Source: Azolla caroliniana
Taxonomy: Eukaryota > Plantae > Polypodiophyta
Direction of reading: 5' to 3'
DNA length: 64,000 nucleotides
Assembly: GCA_043228905.1 (NCBI GenBank)
Contig: JBHGNT010000007.1
Location: 14,446,001 to 14,510,000, forward strand
Numbering within the stretch: position 1 is the first letter of the stretch; each line of letters opens with the position of its first letter. The position numbers and the translations under genes were made by a program. The notes under the pieces were generated by a model, which ran no database searches, was not told the DNA's origin, and saw only the letters and a program-made list of their open reading frames with translations. Below are positions 40,327-52,800 of the stretch, in pieces.

Positions 40327-41454
40327 TGTTATTGCTAGGGCCGGACAACAGCCTAACACAGGGTGTCCCCTTAAGAAACTTTACCAAAGTGTGGTACGAC
40401 AGAATGATTTACGGCACAATGCTTAATTAGACCTTAATTGGTTACTTAGCAATCCATAATTAACACGCGTAAGATATAACAATGAATAAAGAACGGTAAT
40501 CAACACTGGAAGATTAAGACAATAAGCTTTATTAATTATCCACTCTTGATTACATTGTAATCGGGCCTTTATATAGGTCTCCGGTGCGAAATACAAACCG
40601 GTGCCAATCGGCACCTTTACGGGATCGTTCCGGATCCGGATCGGCATACCGATTCCGGTCCGTCCGTCCACATCTTCTTATATATTAATATATATATTAA
40701 GACTACTAATTACAACAGTTCCCGAATAACTATTCCTTTCACACTCTGGTTTGGACCTCCTTAAGCCTTCTTGCCGGCCGGTAACACATGGCACGCCCGT
40801 GGGACAGTACCTTGTACGTCGAACCCATTATCCGGCCCTTTTACGCTTCGTCCAAAATGTCCAGAATGCTTTGCTCCAAAATTTCCAATGGCTCATCGGG
40901 AATCTGTTGTTGCTGTTGTGGCTACTGCTGTTGTTCCGTTTGTGGCTGTGGCTGCTGCTCCGTTTGTGGTTCTCGCTCTGTTTGTCGCTCTGACACCAGC
41001 GTTTCCTTCGTTGGTTCCTCCGTCGGAATTGTTTGTGGCTGACTAACCCTGGCCATTTCCCCCTTCGGTCCTCGCATCGGCGACGGTTCCTCATCACTAA
41101 GGTTGATCGTTGCCGCCTTTCGTGCTTTTTCTTCCCGGATCCGGGACCACTCATAGCTTTCGAACTGGATCTGAGCCTCCAGCCGATCGTCGTCCAGTTG
41201 AGCTACGAGCTGCCGGACCTGCACCAATTGTTCATCCGCCAGGGCTGTGAAATCTTCCGCCAGCTCATCCCTTATGGCAGTGAAGTCCTCCGAGGTCAGC
41301 GTATAACAGTCGTCGCCCTCCTTTCGCCGGTTTTCCACGTCCGCCCTAAGCAATTGGAGTTCCGCCGTATTCTGCGCCCATTTCGCCCACCAACGCACCG
41401 AGCTGTCATCAATCAAGGTTTGGTCTTAGTGAGCCATGACCGAAGGATGCACTG
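40327..41454 (-). mobile_element. 3' part of an LTR element (LTR 40327-40786 plus a coiled-coil ORF remnant 40922-41416), related to the element at 21108
   Basis: Reverse complement of the LTR aligns by eye with LTR 21108-21508 (CCTATA(T)AAAGG...CAATGTAA; CCACAC(C)TTTGGT...GGACACC...GTCCGGCCC...AACA). Confidence 0.7.
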
Positions 41455-44400
41455 ATGTACGGAGAGTCAAGTGTGATGAGCGAGGGTCGAATGTTATCAT
41501 GATGTTGTGTATGTGTAGGGGGCATAAATGTAATTGTGAGTCTATACGTATGTGAACACATGCACACATGTGTGCATGTGGATGGATACGAGGAGGTGTG
41601 AGTGAATGTCCAATATGAATGCTCGAGGGGGCTTACACCCCTATGTATCTACCCCCTCTTGTACTATTTAACCCCTTATGGGGAATGAATGAAACATGAA
41701 TAACCATTTTCTCTCTCAATCTCTCAATCTCTCAATCTCTCAATCTCTTGTCATCTCTCTTTCTCTCTCTCTCCCCCTCAACGTTGAATCCCCTTGGGAG
41801 GGGTGTGGAGCCATTCTAGGCACCACCCCCCACCCCGTAATGCTTCTCAATGCACATGATCTCTTTCGCCATCAATCCCATACTCTCCATCATCATTATA
41901 ACCACCATGTCTATCTTTATCATGATTATCATCGTCCTTAACCCTAACCCTAAAACCTACAACACCTTTTGACGACCGCAATGGCGAACCCCCTTTGAAG
42001 AAGAAGTCCAAGAAGAATACGTGACGGCGCGAGATGCAAGAAATGGTGAAAATGTGCGAGTAACGACAACGACGTAGATATGCGAGTGCGCAAAATGATG
42101 ACGTTGTGCGAGTGTGCGGTTAGTGAGAAATGACGGTGGCAAAGTGCGAGACGAATTCGAAGCATGATATGCGATGACAATGTAAGAGAAATCGAATCGA
42201 CGATGTGCGGTAAAGTCATAGAATGAGACACAACTATACGGATGTGTGAGTGTATAAGAACTAGCAATGTGCGTGTGCAGGAAACGGATACAGAAAGAGA
42301 CGGTCGGATGGGACGACGACGAGAGAGACACTGAAATAGGAGGTGCAAACGATGATGGCAATGGAGAAAAGGAAAAGAAAAAACTGGAATCAAGTCAGAG
42401 TCGAATAGGGCTACGGATGTTAGACCGACCATTAGACCAACCACGACAAAACAATAAGAAAAGAAAAGGAAGAAAAAAACTAAAACTTTGGCCGGAATGC
42501 AGATGCAGCCGAAAATCCTAAATAGGGACAACAGCCATAGGAGCGTGTCCGTACAAGCGGTGACAGAGCGGTTGTCTGAGAGTGATCAAACCAACCAACG
42601 ACCGAATGAAGCGGCGGCGACCAGACAAGGCTGATAGAGACGGCGAAGACGTCTGACGACGGCCAGAGAATTAGCGGCTAGAATGGCAACAAAGCCGGAA
42701 TGCCGACCAAACAGTGGTACGGCTGGAGAGTGACAAGAACGACGGCCAAACAGCGACCGAAGCGGTCGTAATGGTCGGACGGTGGCCGGAAAGCCCACTA
42801 GAGTAGACGGCCGAAACAACGACAGTGAAGCCGAAAAGTGACGGATGGAGAGACAACCGTCAGACATCAACGGCCAAACGACAACCGGATGACGACTGAA
42901 CAGAGCGACCAAGCGACGAACCTCGGCCAAAACAGATGGCCGACTACGGACTGGCCGGATAGGGCCGACAACAACGATAAATGGAGATGAAGATGACTAG
43001 ATGGGCCAGACAGAGACACGCTGGACAAAGGCGGACAAGAGACAAGCTGGATAACAAAGGTGACAATCGGGACAACAGAACTAGACAAAATGGCCGGACG
43101 GTCAAAACGGACCACAAGCCGGGACAACAGTCGCAACCGATGCCGAACCAACAAAGACGGTGACGGAGATGGACGGACAACAGCCGAATGTCCAGAAGAG
43201 CCGGAAGGTCAAAATAATGGCTGGACACCGGCCGGAGCGACAGCGGTGGCTGGAAAATCGACGACCGGATCGGCGATGACACTGAAACAACGAGCCAGAC
43301 AAGAGACACAAAAGTAGACGACGACAGAGAGGCGGCCGCCGAACAATGGCCAAGAAGAATGACGACGGACATCAATGGTGCTGGTCAGACTACGGCCAAT
43401 GAGGAAAATGGAACACAAGAAGGAAAGAAGAGGGGTATAGAAGAAGAAGAACAGACAGAGAAAAGAAGAAGAGAAGTGGGAAACGAAAGCAGAAAGAAGT
43501 AGAAAGAGATGAGGGATACGCACAAGAGAGAGTGTAATAACGGACCACAACAATAACCTAGAGATAAAGACGAAGTTGGAGCATTACAAAAACAAGAAGA
43601 CAGGAATGGATAAAGACAAAATTGAAGCAAAAGATAGGAAGGGAAGAAAAATAGAGAAAGGGCAAGAGAGAATGGTAGGGGTATGGAACATAATTTAAAA
43701 ACATGAGGGTATTTGATAATATTTCAAAAACAAAGGGTAGCAACCTAAAATTTCATAAACTTGAGGGCACCGACGAAATTGTAAAAACTCATCCACCTAA
43801 AGAAATGGATGTGATCAACAACGACAACTCACACAAAATTAAAGGAAGAACACACATACACACAACGTGCTTTTGGACCCATGATGAAGTTCGTAAGCCG
43901 ACAGAACGAGAATGTTTGTGTCGCGGACGATTTGCTGACCGACAAAGATGTTCGAGTCAAGCATTCCGATCGAGGGAGTCGATCGTTGAAAGGACCGATG
44001 GAAGTTCCGGTCGAAGAAATATCATCATCAAGGCATGTGGGATCACGTGCAAGGCACTTTCCCACGGGCGTGCCATATTGTGTTACCCCGTATGAGATGT
44101 ACAGAGAGTCAAGTGTGATGAGCGAGGGTCGAATGTTATCACGATGTTGTGTATGTGTAGGGGGCATAAATGTAATTGTGAGTCTATACGTATGTGAACA
44201 CATGCACACGTGTGTGCATGTGGATGGATACGAGGAGGTGTGAGTGAGTGTCCAATATGAATGCTCGAGGGGGCTTACACCCCTATGTATCTACCCCCTC
44301 TTGTACTATTTAACCCCTTATGGGAATGAATGAAACATGAATAACCATTTTCTCTCTCAATCTCTCTCTCTTTTGTCATCTCTCTTTCTCTCTCTCTCCC

Positions 44401-44589
44401 CCTCAACGTTGAATCCCCTTGGGAGGGGGGTGGAGCCATTCTAGGCACCACCCCCCACCCCGCAATGCTTCTCAATGCACATGATCTCTCTCGCCATCAA
44501 TCCCATACTCTCCATCATCATCATAACCACCATGTCTATCTTTATCATGATTATCATCGTCCTTAACCCTAACCCTAAAACCTACAACA
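41455..44589 (+). mobile_element. Non-autonomous LTR element (LTRs 41455-41964, 5'-clipped, and 44081-44589; purine-rich non-coding interior)
   Basis: Near-identical ~510-bp direct repeats ending CCTACAACA; no recognisable gag/pol. Confidence 0.85.
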
Positions 44590-46818
44590 TGAGGATCGAG
44601 CGAAATTAGACGACCAAGACTCTCCGACTCTCCTAGTCCGACTATATCAGGAAGGTGTTGAAGCGCTTCAATATGGAGAATGCAAAGCCAACACCAACAC
44701 CGCTTCCAACGTCGATCACACTATCAAACAAAGAATCTCCCTCAACGGACAAGGAGAGAGAGAGCTTAATGGAAAGATGCCCTATGCATCGGCCATAGGA
44801 AGTATCATGTACGCAATGGTGGCGATCTAACCCGACTTAGCCTTTGTTGTAGGAGTGGTGAGCCGGTAAATATCAAACCTAGGACGGAAGCATTGGTAGG
44901 TTGTTAAGCACATCCTGAGGTATCTGAAAGGAACCATACATGCATAATTGACTTTGAGATTGACAACCTCAACCAAATTCGAAGGCTACACCAATTCTGA
45001 CTATGCTGCGAACAAGGACAATCAGAAATTGACATGAGGTTACATCTTCTCCTATGGTGGCGGTGCAATATCATGGAGGTCAAAACTTCTAGAGTGCACG
45101 GCTCTATCGACCACAAAAGCCAAGTACATAGTAGCATCGGAGGCAACAAAGGAAGCGATCAGGCTGCATCGACTTTCTGTCGACTTCTCAGCTATAAGCC
45201 AACCTGACCGACCAACGCCGACCATCTATTGCGACTCACATAGTGCAATTAACCTCATTAACAAGCCCGTATATCACGCAAAGACGAAGCACATTGAGGT
45301 ACAGTATCATCACATCCCAGAGCTCACAACCGAGAAGAGGCTCGAAGTCCGGAAGATCAACACCGAGGCGAACATCGCTGATTCCTTGACAAATCCACTC
45401 CTAGATCAATGCTTCAGAGCACTAAGGACAAAGATGGGACTACGACAAGCAACTGGGCAAAAGAGAGTCGATCGAGGAGCAGAAGCTAAGAGTCGATTGA
45501 ATCAATCATGATAATTAGCCATGCTAGGCTCGACACGGACCTCACCTATGCCGACTCAACTATATGCCAACCGACTTGCAACATAAATCTAGATTAGTGT
45601 TGTAATCTAAGTTTACGGGGGAGACAACCCCAAACACATGTACATGTAGGCAAGAGTTTTGTTGGCATAAAAGGCCGACTCCTTCCACTTTGTATCCTAG
45701 TGTGAACTTGTCCACATAGTTAGGGCTTAGTATATAAGCAATGACCTATAGTTGTGAAGTAGAACTTCTTAATCAAAATATCGGATATCTAGTCTCTGAG
45801 TGTGAGAGAAAGAGAATGTAATAGAGCTGCAATCTGTGTATATCTTTGCTTCTCTTTCTATGTTGTTTTCTGAGTATGAACTGAGACACATCCTCATACA
45901 TTTCCGCATACACTTACGCTTCAACGCCCATCCAAAGATAATAGAATTGATGGTGATATTCACAATACCACATGTGCCGTGGAACCTAAAGCCGATACCA
46001 GTCCCAAGAGCACACATTCCGAAGTTAATCAAGCTCTTAAAAGAGAAGGTCGAGATGGGAATTCTGGAGCCGTCAAATGCTCCTTACTCGAATAGGTGGT
46101 TCACGGTACCAAAGAAGAAGGGCACCTTAAGGTTCATACAAGATCTTCAACCAATGAATAAAGTGACAATCCGCAATGTCGGGATCGGTCCAAGTATCGA
46201 TGAGTTCGCAAAAGCATTTGTGGGAAGGTCTATTTATTCTATTGGCGATCTCTACTCAGGCTACGATCAATTTCAACTAGCAGTCAACAACAAAGACATC
46301 ACAACAATGAGGACTCCGATTGGATTGGTATGGATGTGCACCATACCTCAAGGTGCAACCAACTTTGTAACACACATGGTAAATGCCATGAACAAGGTAC
46401 TAAGAGACTGCATCCCAGATATTACGATGACTTTCCTTGATGATATCCCTATAAAAGGGTGCCCTGAATTAGAAAAGGACAAGTTTTTAGATCAAGATGG
46501 ATGTCGAAGATTTGTTTCAAACCATATTGAAGACTACGAGAGAGTGATACAAAAACTAGAAGGAGCTCGGCTCACATTTTCCGGAGAAAAGTTGGCATTC
46601 GCCCAATGCGAGGTCGTAGTAGTAGGGCATCTTTGTGGAACATATGGACGGAAACCTTGTCCTGAGAAGGTGGATGGTATATCCTAGACAGAGGTGTGAA
46701 GATTCTCGAGAGCGTGTGCCTTTTATCAGATCTGGATTCCACACTACGCTCATGTCGCCGAGCCATTATATGGATTGCTAAAGAAGAGAAAGAAGTTTGA
46801 ATGGTGAGAGGAGCATAC

Positions 46819-49800
46819 TGATGATGAGAGAGAAGAGAAGAGGAAGAAACAAGAATACTTTAATATACTATTACGAAAATAATACAATCCTCTTAGACTC
46901 CGAAAGTAACAACCCCAAACAACTACTTCAACATACTATTAACAAAATAGCCTTTCCTTCTTCTCACTTTCTTCTACTAATCTTCTTCTTACTTCTTCTA
47001 ATCTTCTTCTTCTTCCTCACATCTTCTTCTTCACATCTTCTTCTTCACTTCTCCTTGTAGATCTTCTATCCCTTCCTTGTAGATATTCTATTCTTCCTCC
47101 ATCCCCCATATTGCTAAGAATACTGCATAGTTATAGGCTTTTAGTTGCGTTATTCTTGCTTTTTTCTTTTCTTTTCTTTTACATATCCTCGAGTTTGTGT
47201 GGCACTTGTGTCGTGCCTTTCGGCGCCAGATCGTTTGCGTGAGTAGGGTGGGAACCACTGGGGTTATGGACTAGGAAGAGGAAGAATTTGAGGCGATTTT
47301 AATTATGTATAGATTATTAGAAGCTTGTGAATCCCACAAGTAGAGTTGTTTTAGTTTGTCTTAATCATAGTAATAAATTGAAATAGTTTAGAATAGTTTA
47401 GAGTAGAAATAGAAAAGAGATCAAACCTTGTGAATCCCACAAGTATTACATTAATCAATATTTATGTAAGAATATGAATTTAGATTGAAAGAGATAGATT
47501 ATATAAAACTTCGTGAATCCCAGAATTATATTAATTGGTGTTTTAGGAAATATATCCAATTTCCCAAATATTTTTCACACACCTTACATTGTGCTCCCCA
47601 TCCTTATGTAGTGATGAGGGAGTCTTAGCAATCCATGCTTTTTCTTCTCTAACTATAGACTCCATGTTTTTTCTGTCGATAGACTACATGCTTTCTTTAA
47701 CATGCTTTTTCTAAAAGTGATCATGCGTTTTTATTATTATTATCTAACTATAGCTTTTTTATCTACAAAATATACGTGAAATAAACCTTCTATGTGGGAT
47801 GTCTACTTTTTAAACATTAATGAAATGCTAGTGTAATGGTAAGGTTTCACATTATTAACATGGAGGTGCAAGGTTTGAATCTTGCCCTATGCATGTTATA
47901 TATATTTTATTGTTTTCTACTATTTATTCATATTTATTAAATCGGTACTTTATAAGTTTTTCACGTAGTGTACAAAATACACTACGAAACTCGCCCCCTT
48001 TGAACCTGCACATCCTCCGGCATGTGCCGAAGTTGTCGGTGATTGTTAGTCTCGTCCGTCCGTTCTCCGCATGGTTGGTTTCGTCGCCGGTCATTTTTGG
48101 TTGCCGGCCCCGTTCGGTCTCTGGTTTTTGGTTGCCGACTCTGCCCGGTTTCCGATTCAGTTCGGTTGCCGACCCTATCTGGTCTCCCATTACTGGCCCT
48201 TGTAATTCTTCTTTACTTGTAGTACCCTTCGTTTCTCTTTCTAAGTCAGCTTTGTCTCTCCATTTTGAACACATCCATTCTTTCCACCCGAACCATTGTC
48301 GCCATCCGATCTACCATAGTCTTCGTTCACTCTTTGCATTGCCATGAGTGGTTGTCATGGTCCCTTGTGGTCCTCTTAAGCATCTCTGCATGTTGTCTCT
48401 CTCCGCTCCGCGCTTGTCTTCCGTAGGTTCTACCCACGCGTCGATGTCGACCTCTGAATACACACTCGTTGTTAGGTCCTTGTGCGGCTTTAATGCATGC
48501 TTTATTTCTCGTTGTTGCGCATGCGTCGTATTACGCCATAGCACATGCTTCGTATTCCATCGTAGTGCATGCGTCGTATTACCCCGTAGTGCATGCTTCT
48601 TTTTGCACTGTAGTGCGTGCTTCTTTTTGCACCGTAGCGTGTGCTTCTTTTTACGCCGTAGCGTGTGCTTCTTTTGGTGCCGTAGCGCGTGCTCCGTATT
48701 ACATGCTTCTCCCATCGTAGACCCGACCTTCGCGTTGTCGTGCTTTTGTTTAAATCGTAATTTCAGACGGATCATCTTCCATCCGAACCGGCTTCCGACT
48801 TTACCTTCCTTGCCGCCACCTCCCGTCTCTCCTGTCTCACGTTGGTTCTCGGACGCAACCGCCGAAGTCTCTAAGATTAGTGCGCATGACCCCTCGGTAT
48901 TATCATCCTTTGTCATTTCAACCATAGCCACCTTTTCAGCTATCTCTCTATCGTATGCATCGGTCTCGGCCTTCGTTTTCTCTCCGCCATCTTTTGTCTC
49001 TTCGGTCTCACGTTGCTTTTCGAATGCAACCGCCGAAGTCTCTGGAATTAGTGGTGGGGAAGTCTCGATATGGCCATTTGCCATTGATTCGTCCATAGCC
49101 ACCTTCGATTCGATGTCATCTTTCGTGGCGACCTCCTCAATCAAGTCCTCCTTGCTCTCTTTCACTGCATCAATTATGCAAACATCAATTATGCTTACCC
49201 CTTTTTCACCCGATGTTTCAGACACTTGTATTCCGAAATCTTCTTCTACACTTAGGTTATCGGCCTTATCCTTCGCCGTCGTTCTTTCGCAACACAAGAG
49301 GGTAGCTTGTTGTACACCCTCTTCCGTCGCACCATCATGTTGTATTTCGGCCTTCATATCGGCTCCATCATTTGTCTTCAATCGACCATCCTTCATCAAC
49401 CATGTCATTGACAAGATTCTCATCTTCCTCTCATCATGTCTCCAACATACCCTTTGGACTTCGGCCCAATCTTCGGTAAGACCATTCGCACCGTCATCGT
49501 CTTCGAGTTCAATCCCGATGTCCTTCCTTTCTTTTCAATTGATCGATTTTACGAACATTAGGACTTTATCCTCTCCCACCAATCTTTGTTCCCGCTTCGA
49601 GAGTCGAACAAAACGATTCTCGAACTCTCGGAATACTTGTGTTGCACTCCGGTAAGTCTTCTCCGATGCCACCCATTCGTCCAATTCTCGCCGATCTTGT
49701 CACTTCGATCTCTTGAAATCATATGCCTCTCGTAAAGCTTCTTCAAAGGACCCCCATGTCGGGTTTTGTTGCCCTATTTTGTGGATTCTCTCTTGTAACT

Positions 49801-52800
49801 CATCTGTGACTACTCAATTGAAGGATGTCACTTGCAATCCTTCCGGTATCCCACATCGCATCATCTCGGCCTTGTATTCGCATAGATAGCGTAACACATC
49901 CTTTCCGTCGAATTCCCTGTTTCTTTGCACAAGCCGCGCTACTGCTGATTTCATCTTCGACATTGTGCGTTGCTCTTCTTGCATCCGCTTAATCATCATC
50001 ATCATCATATTCATCGCTTCTTGTTGATTCTCCATCTCCTTACCACCCCTCTTCACGTTGGGTTCACCACTTGTGTCGTGCCTTTCGGTGCCAGATCGTT
50101 TGCGTGAGTCGGGTGGGAACCACTGGGGTTATGGACTAGGAAGAGGAAGAATTTGAGGCGATTTTAATTATGTATAGATTATTAGAAGATTGTGAATCCC
50201 ACAAGTAGAGTTGTTTTAGTTTGTCTTAATCATAGTAATAAATTGAAATAGTTTAGAATAGTTTAGAGTAGAAATAGAAAAGAGATCAAACCTTGTGAAT
50301 CCCACAAGTATTACATTAATCAATATTTATGTAAGAATATGAATTTAGATTGAAAGAGATAGATTATATAAAACTTCGTGAATCCCAGAATTATATTAAT
50401 TGGTGTTTTAGGAAATATATCCAATTTCCCAAATATTTTTCACACACCTTACATTGTGCTCCCCATCCTTATGTAGTGATGAGGGAGTCTTAGCAATCCA
50501 TGCTTTTTCTTCTCTAACTATAGACTCCATGTTTTTTCTGTCGATAGACTACATGCTTTCTTTAACATGCTTTTTCTAAAAGTGATCATGCGTTTTTATT
50601 ATTATTATCTAACTATAGTTTTTTTATCTACAAAATATAAGTGAAATAAACCTTCTATGTGGGATGTCTACTTTTTAAACATTAATGAAATGCTAGTGTA
50701 ATGGTAAGGTTTCACATTATTAACATGGAGGTGCAAGGTTTGAATCTTGCCCTATGCATGTTATATATATTTTAATGTTTTCTACTATTTATTCATATTT
50801 ATCAAATCGGTACTTTATAAGTTTTTCACGTAGTGTACAAAATACACTACGAAACTCGCCCCCTTTGAACCTGCACATCCTCCGGCATGTGCCGAAGTTG
50901 TCGGTGATTGTTAGTCTCGTCCGTTCGTTCTCCGCATGGTTGGTTTCGTCGCCGGTTATTTTTGGTTGTCGGCCCTGTTCGGTCTTTGGTTTTTGGTTGC
51001 CGACTCCGCCCGGTTTCCGGTTCAGTTCGGTTGTCGGCCCTATCCGGTCTCCCATTACTGGCTCTAAACGCCTCTAACTTTATTTCTCCTCAATTTCATT
51101 TATCTTTTAACTCTTGAACCTTTCATATTGTGCTTTATTCTTCTATACCTTTGCATCCAATGTATTTGTCACGGTCTTTTCCTATGAGCAAAAATTGACT
51201 TGACATTTAGCCCCCCTCCTTGCTTTTTGGTGAACCATTTATGGTGAACCCTAAGCTACTAATAAAACCAAAAAATTCTCCTTCGCCTTATTCATGGATA
51301 TAGACAAAGAAGGAGAGAATAAATAAAAAGAAACAAATTATGTGAGTAAAACCCCCGCTAGTTGGTAGGAAAAACCTCACACTCCTAGACACATACACAC
51401 ACACATAGACATTGACAATAGCCACCACTATCTTTCTCCTTGTCAACACAAAGAAAGAGGTTACAAAAAATATTATATCTTCCGCAACTCTCCAAATACT
51501 AGGTGGACGATCGGATACATAACTCTTGATAGAAGTAAGCATGCCAACATATGAATAAATCTTTCAAGCGATCAAACTTTTTGCACAAACACCTTCAAAA
51601 CTTTGAGACTTTTTGGAATTTTCACCTTTTGAATTTCTTCGATCTTTGATTTATCCATATAAATTCCTTCTTGGGACACGAAATTCTCCACACTACCTTG
51701 TTTTGTATGTATGACCATTTCATCTAGAATCTCATCTCGAAAAGGAACCAAAAATTGATCTTCTTTGGTTGAATCAATCGAGGGTTTGAAGTTTATGTCA
51801 TTCTTCTTTAGAACCACAACAATAGGTGAGACAAACTTCAAATCTTCCAACTTCATGTCTTCTCCTCTTATCTGTGAATAGTCAACAATGAATAACTTTG
51901 GAAACTTAGAAATAAGAGAAATAAACCTTTGATGCTCTCCTCGAATATTTTTGGAAATCATCTTTTCTTTTTCCCCCAAAGTCATAATACTTTTCTCCTC
52001 AATGACTTCTTCTTCCTCGTTAGACACCATGTGGAATGATTTGTTTTCCCTATCCCATGAAGATTCATCAATTGTTATGCTTTCCTCTTCTTGCTTGCCA
52101 TTGTCGATAGATGATTCCTTCTCCTTTATACATTTGATTAGTTGTTGTGGATCCTTTGATGGTGATAAGTTCATGATACTCCAGTCATGCATTACAAGTA
52201 ATTCTCTTGGCTCTTGATCAAATTGTTGTTGAAGAGTCGATGCCCACATAACTTTGTTGCTACTCAATGCAAATCCAAAACACAAATGTTCCACAAACAC
52301 CTTCATACACTGCAACTTGGCACTTACCAATGCTTCCTTACACGTATTGATCTCCAAAAGCCAATCTCCAGCTATGACTTCTAGGTTACCTTCTTCATCT
52401 TGCAACTCTGTTGTGGGTACTTCACCATCAACAACGTTTTCGATCATATCTTCCATTTCATCTTACACATATTCATCATCAATCACCATATCGCTTGTTG
52501 TATCAATAATGTCCTCAACATGATGTACATTGGCATCACCATCCATAACATCGCTTCTCAGAACAATCTCCTTGGATTCTTCTTTCACATCATCATTCTT
52601 TGTATCATGGTTGTCCTCATGAACTAGATGGGGGAATTCCACATTCATCACCTCTTCTTCTTTGTCTTTGGAATCACCTTCATAGACATCATCATAACTC
52701 CAAAAATTTGAATAATGATATGAGGGAACCTGTTGAATCGGACATTGCAAGTATGCTTGTTGTTGGCTCATGATTGATCCACAATTATCATAGCTTGGAC

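Larger units (their letters stand above)
36586..45923 (+). mobile_element. Full-length degenerate Ty1/Copia element inserted in the RT of B
   Basis: LTRs 36586-36859 and 45660-45923; PBS TGGTATTAG (iMet-like); gag, protease WLLNSG, LWHGRLGH, integrase LRSDNGGEY, RT LILYVDDML, RNase H; imperfect TSD GCGCA/ACGCC. Confidence 0.9.

Noticed and set aside
41938-41956. Interstitial telomere
   Set aside because: Only about two AACCCT units, present in both LTR copies as part of the LTR end
41950-43743. Multiple overlapping ORFs
   Set aside because: Low-complexity purine-rich non-coding interior with no domain motifs
47829-47887. Genuine tRNA genes at the LTR A/B-box modules
   Set aside because: No convincing acceptor stem or complete cloverleaf, so reported only as tRNA-like motifs
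48348-49655. 435-aa plus-strand ORF
   Set aside because: Antisense shadow of the low-complexity minus-strand ORF in element D
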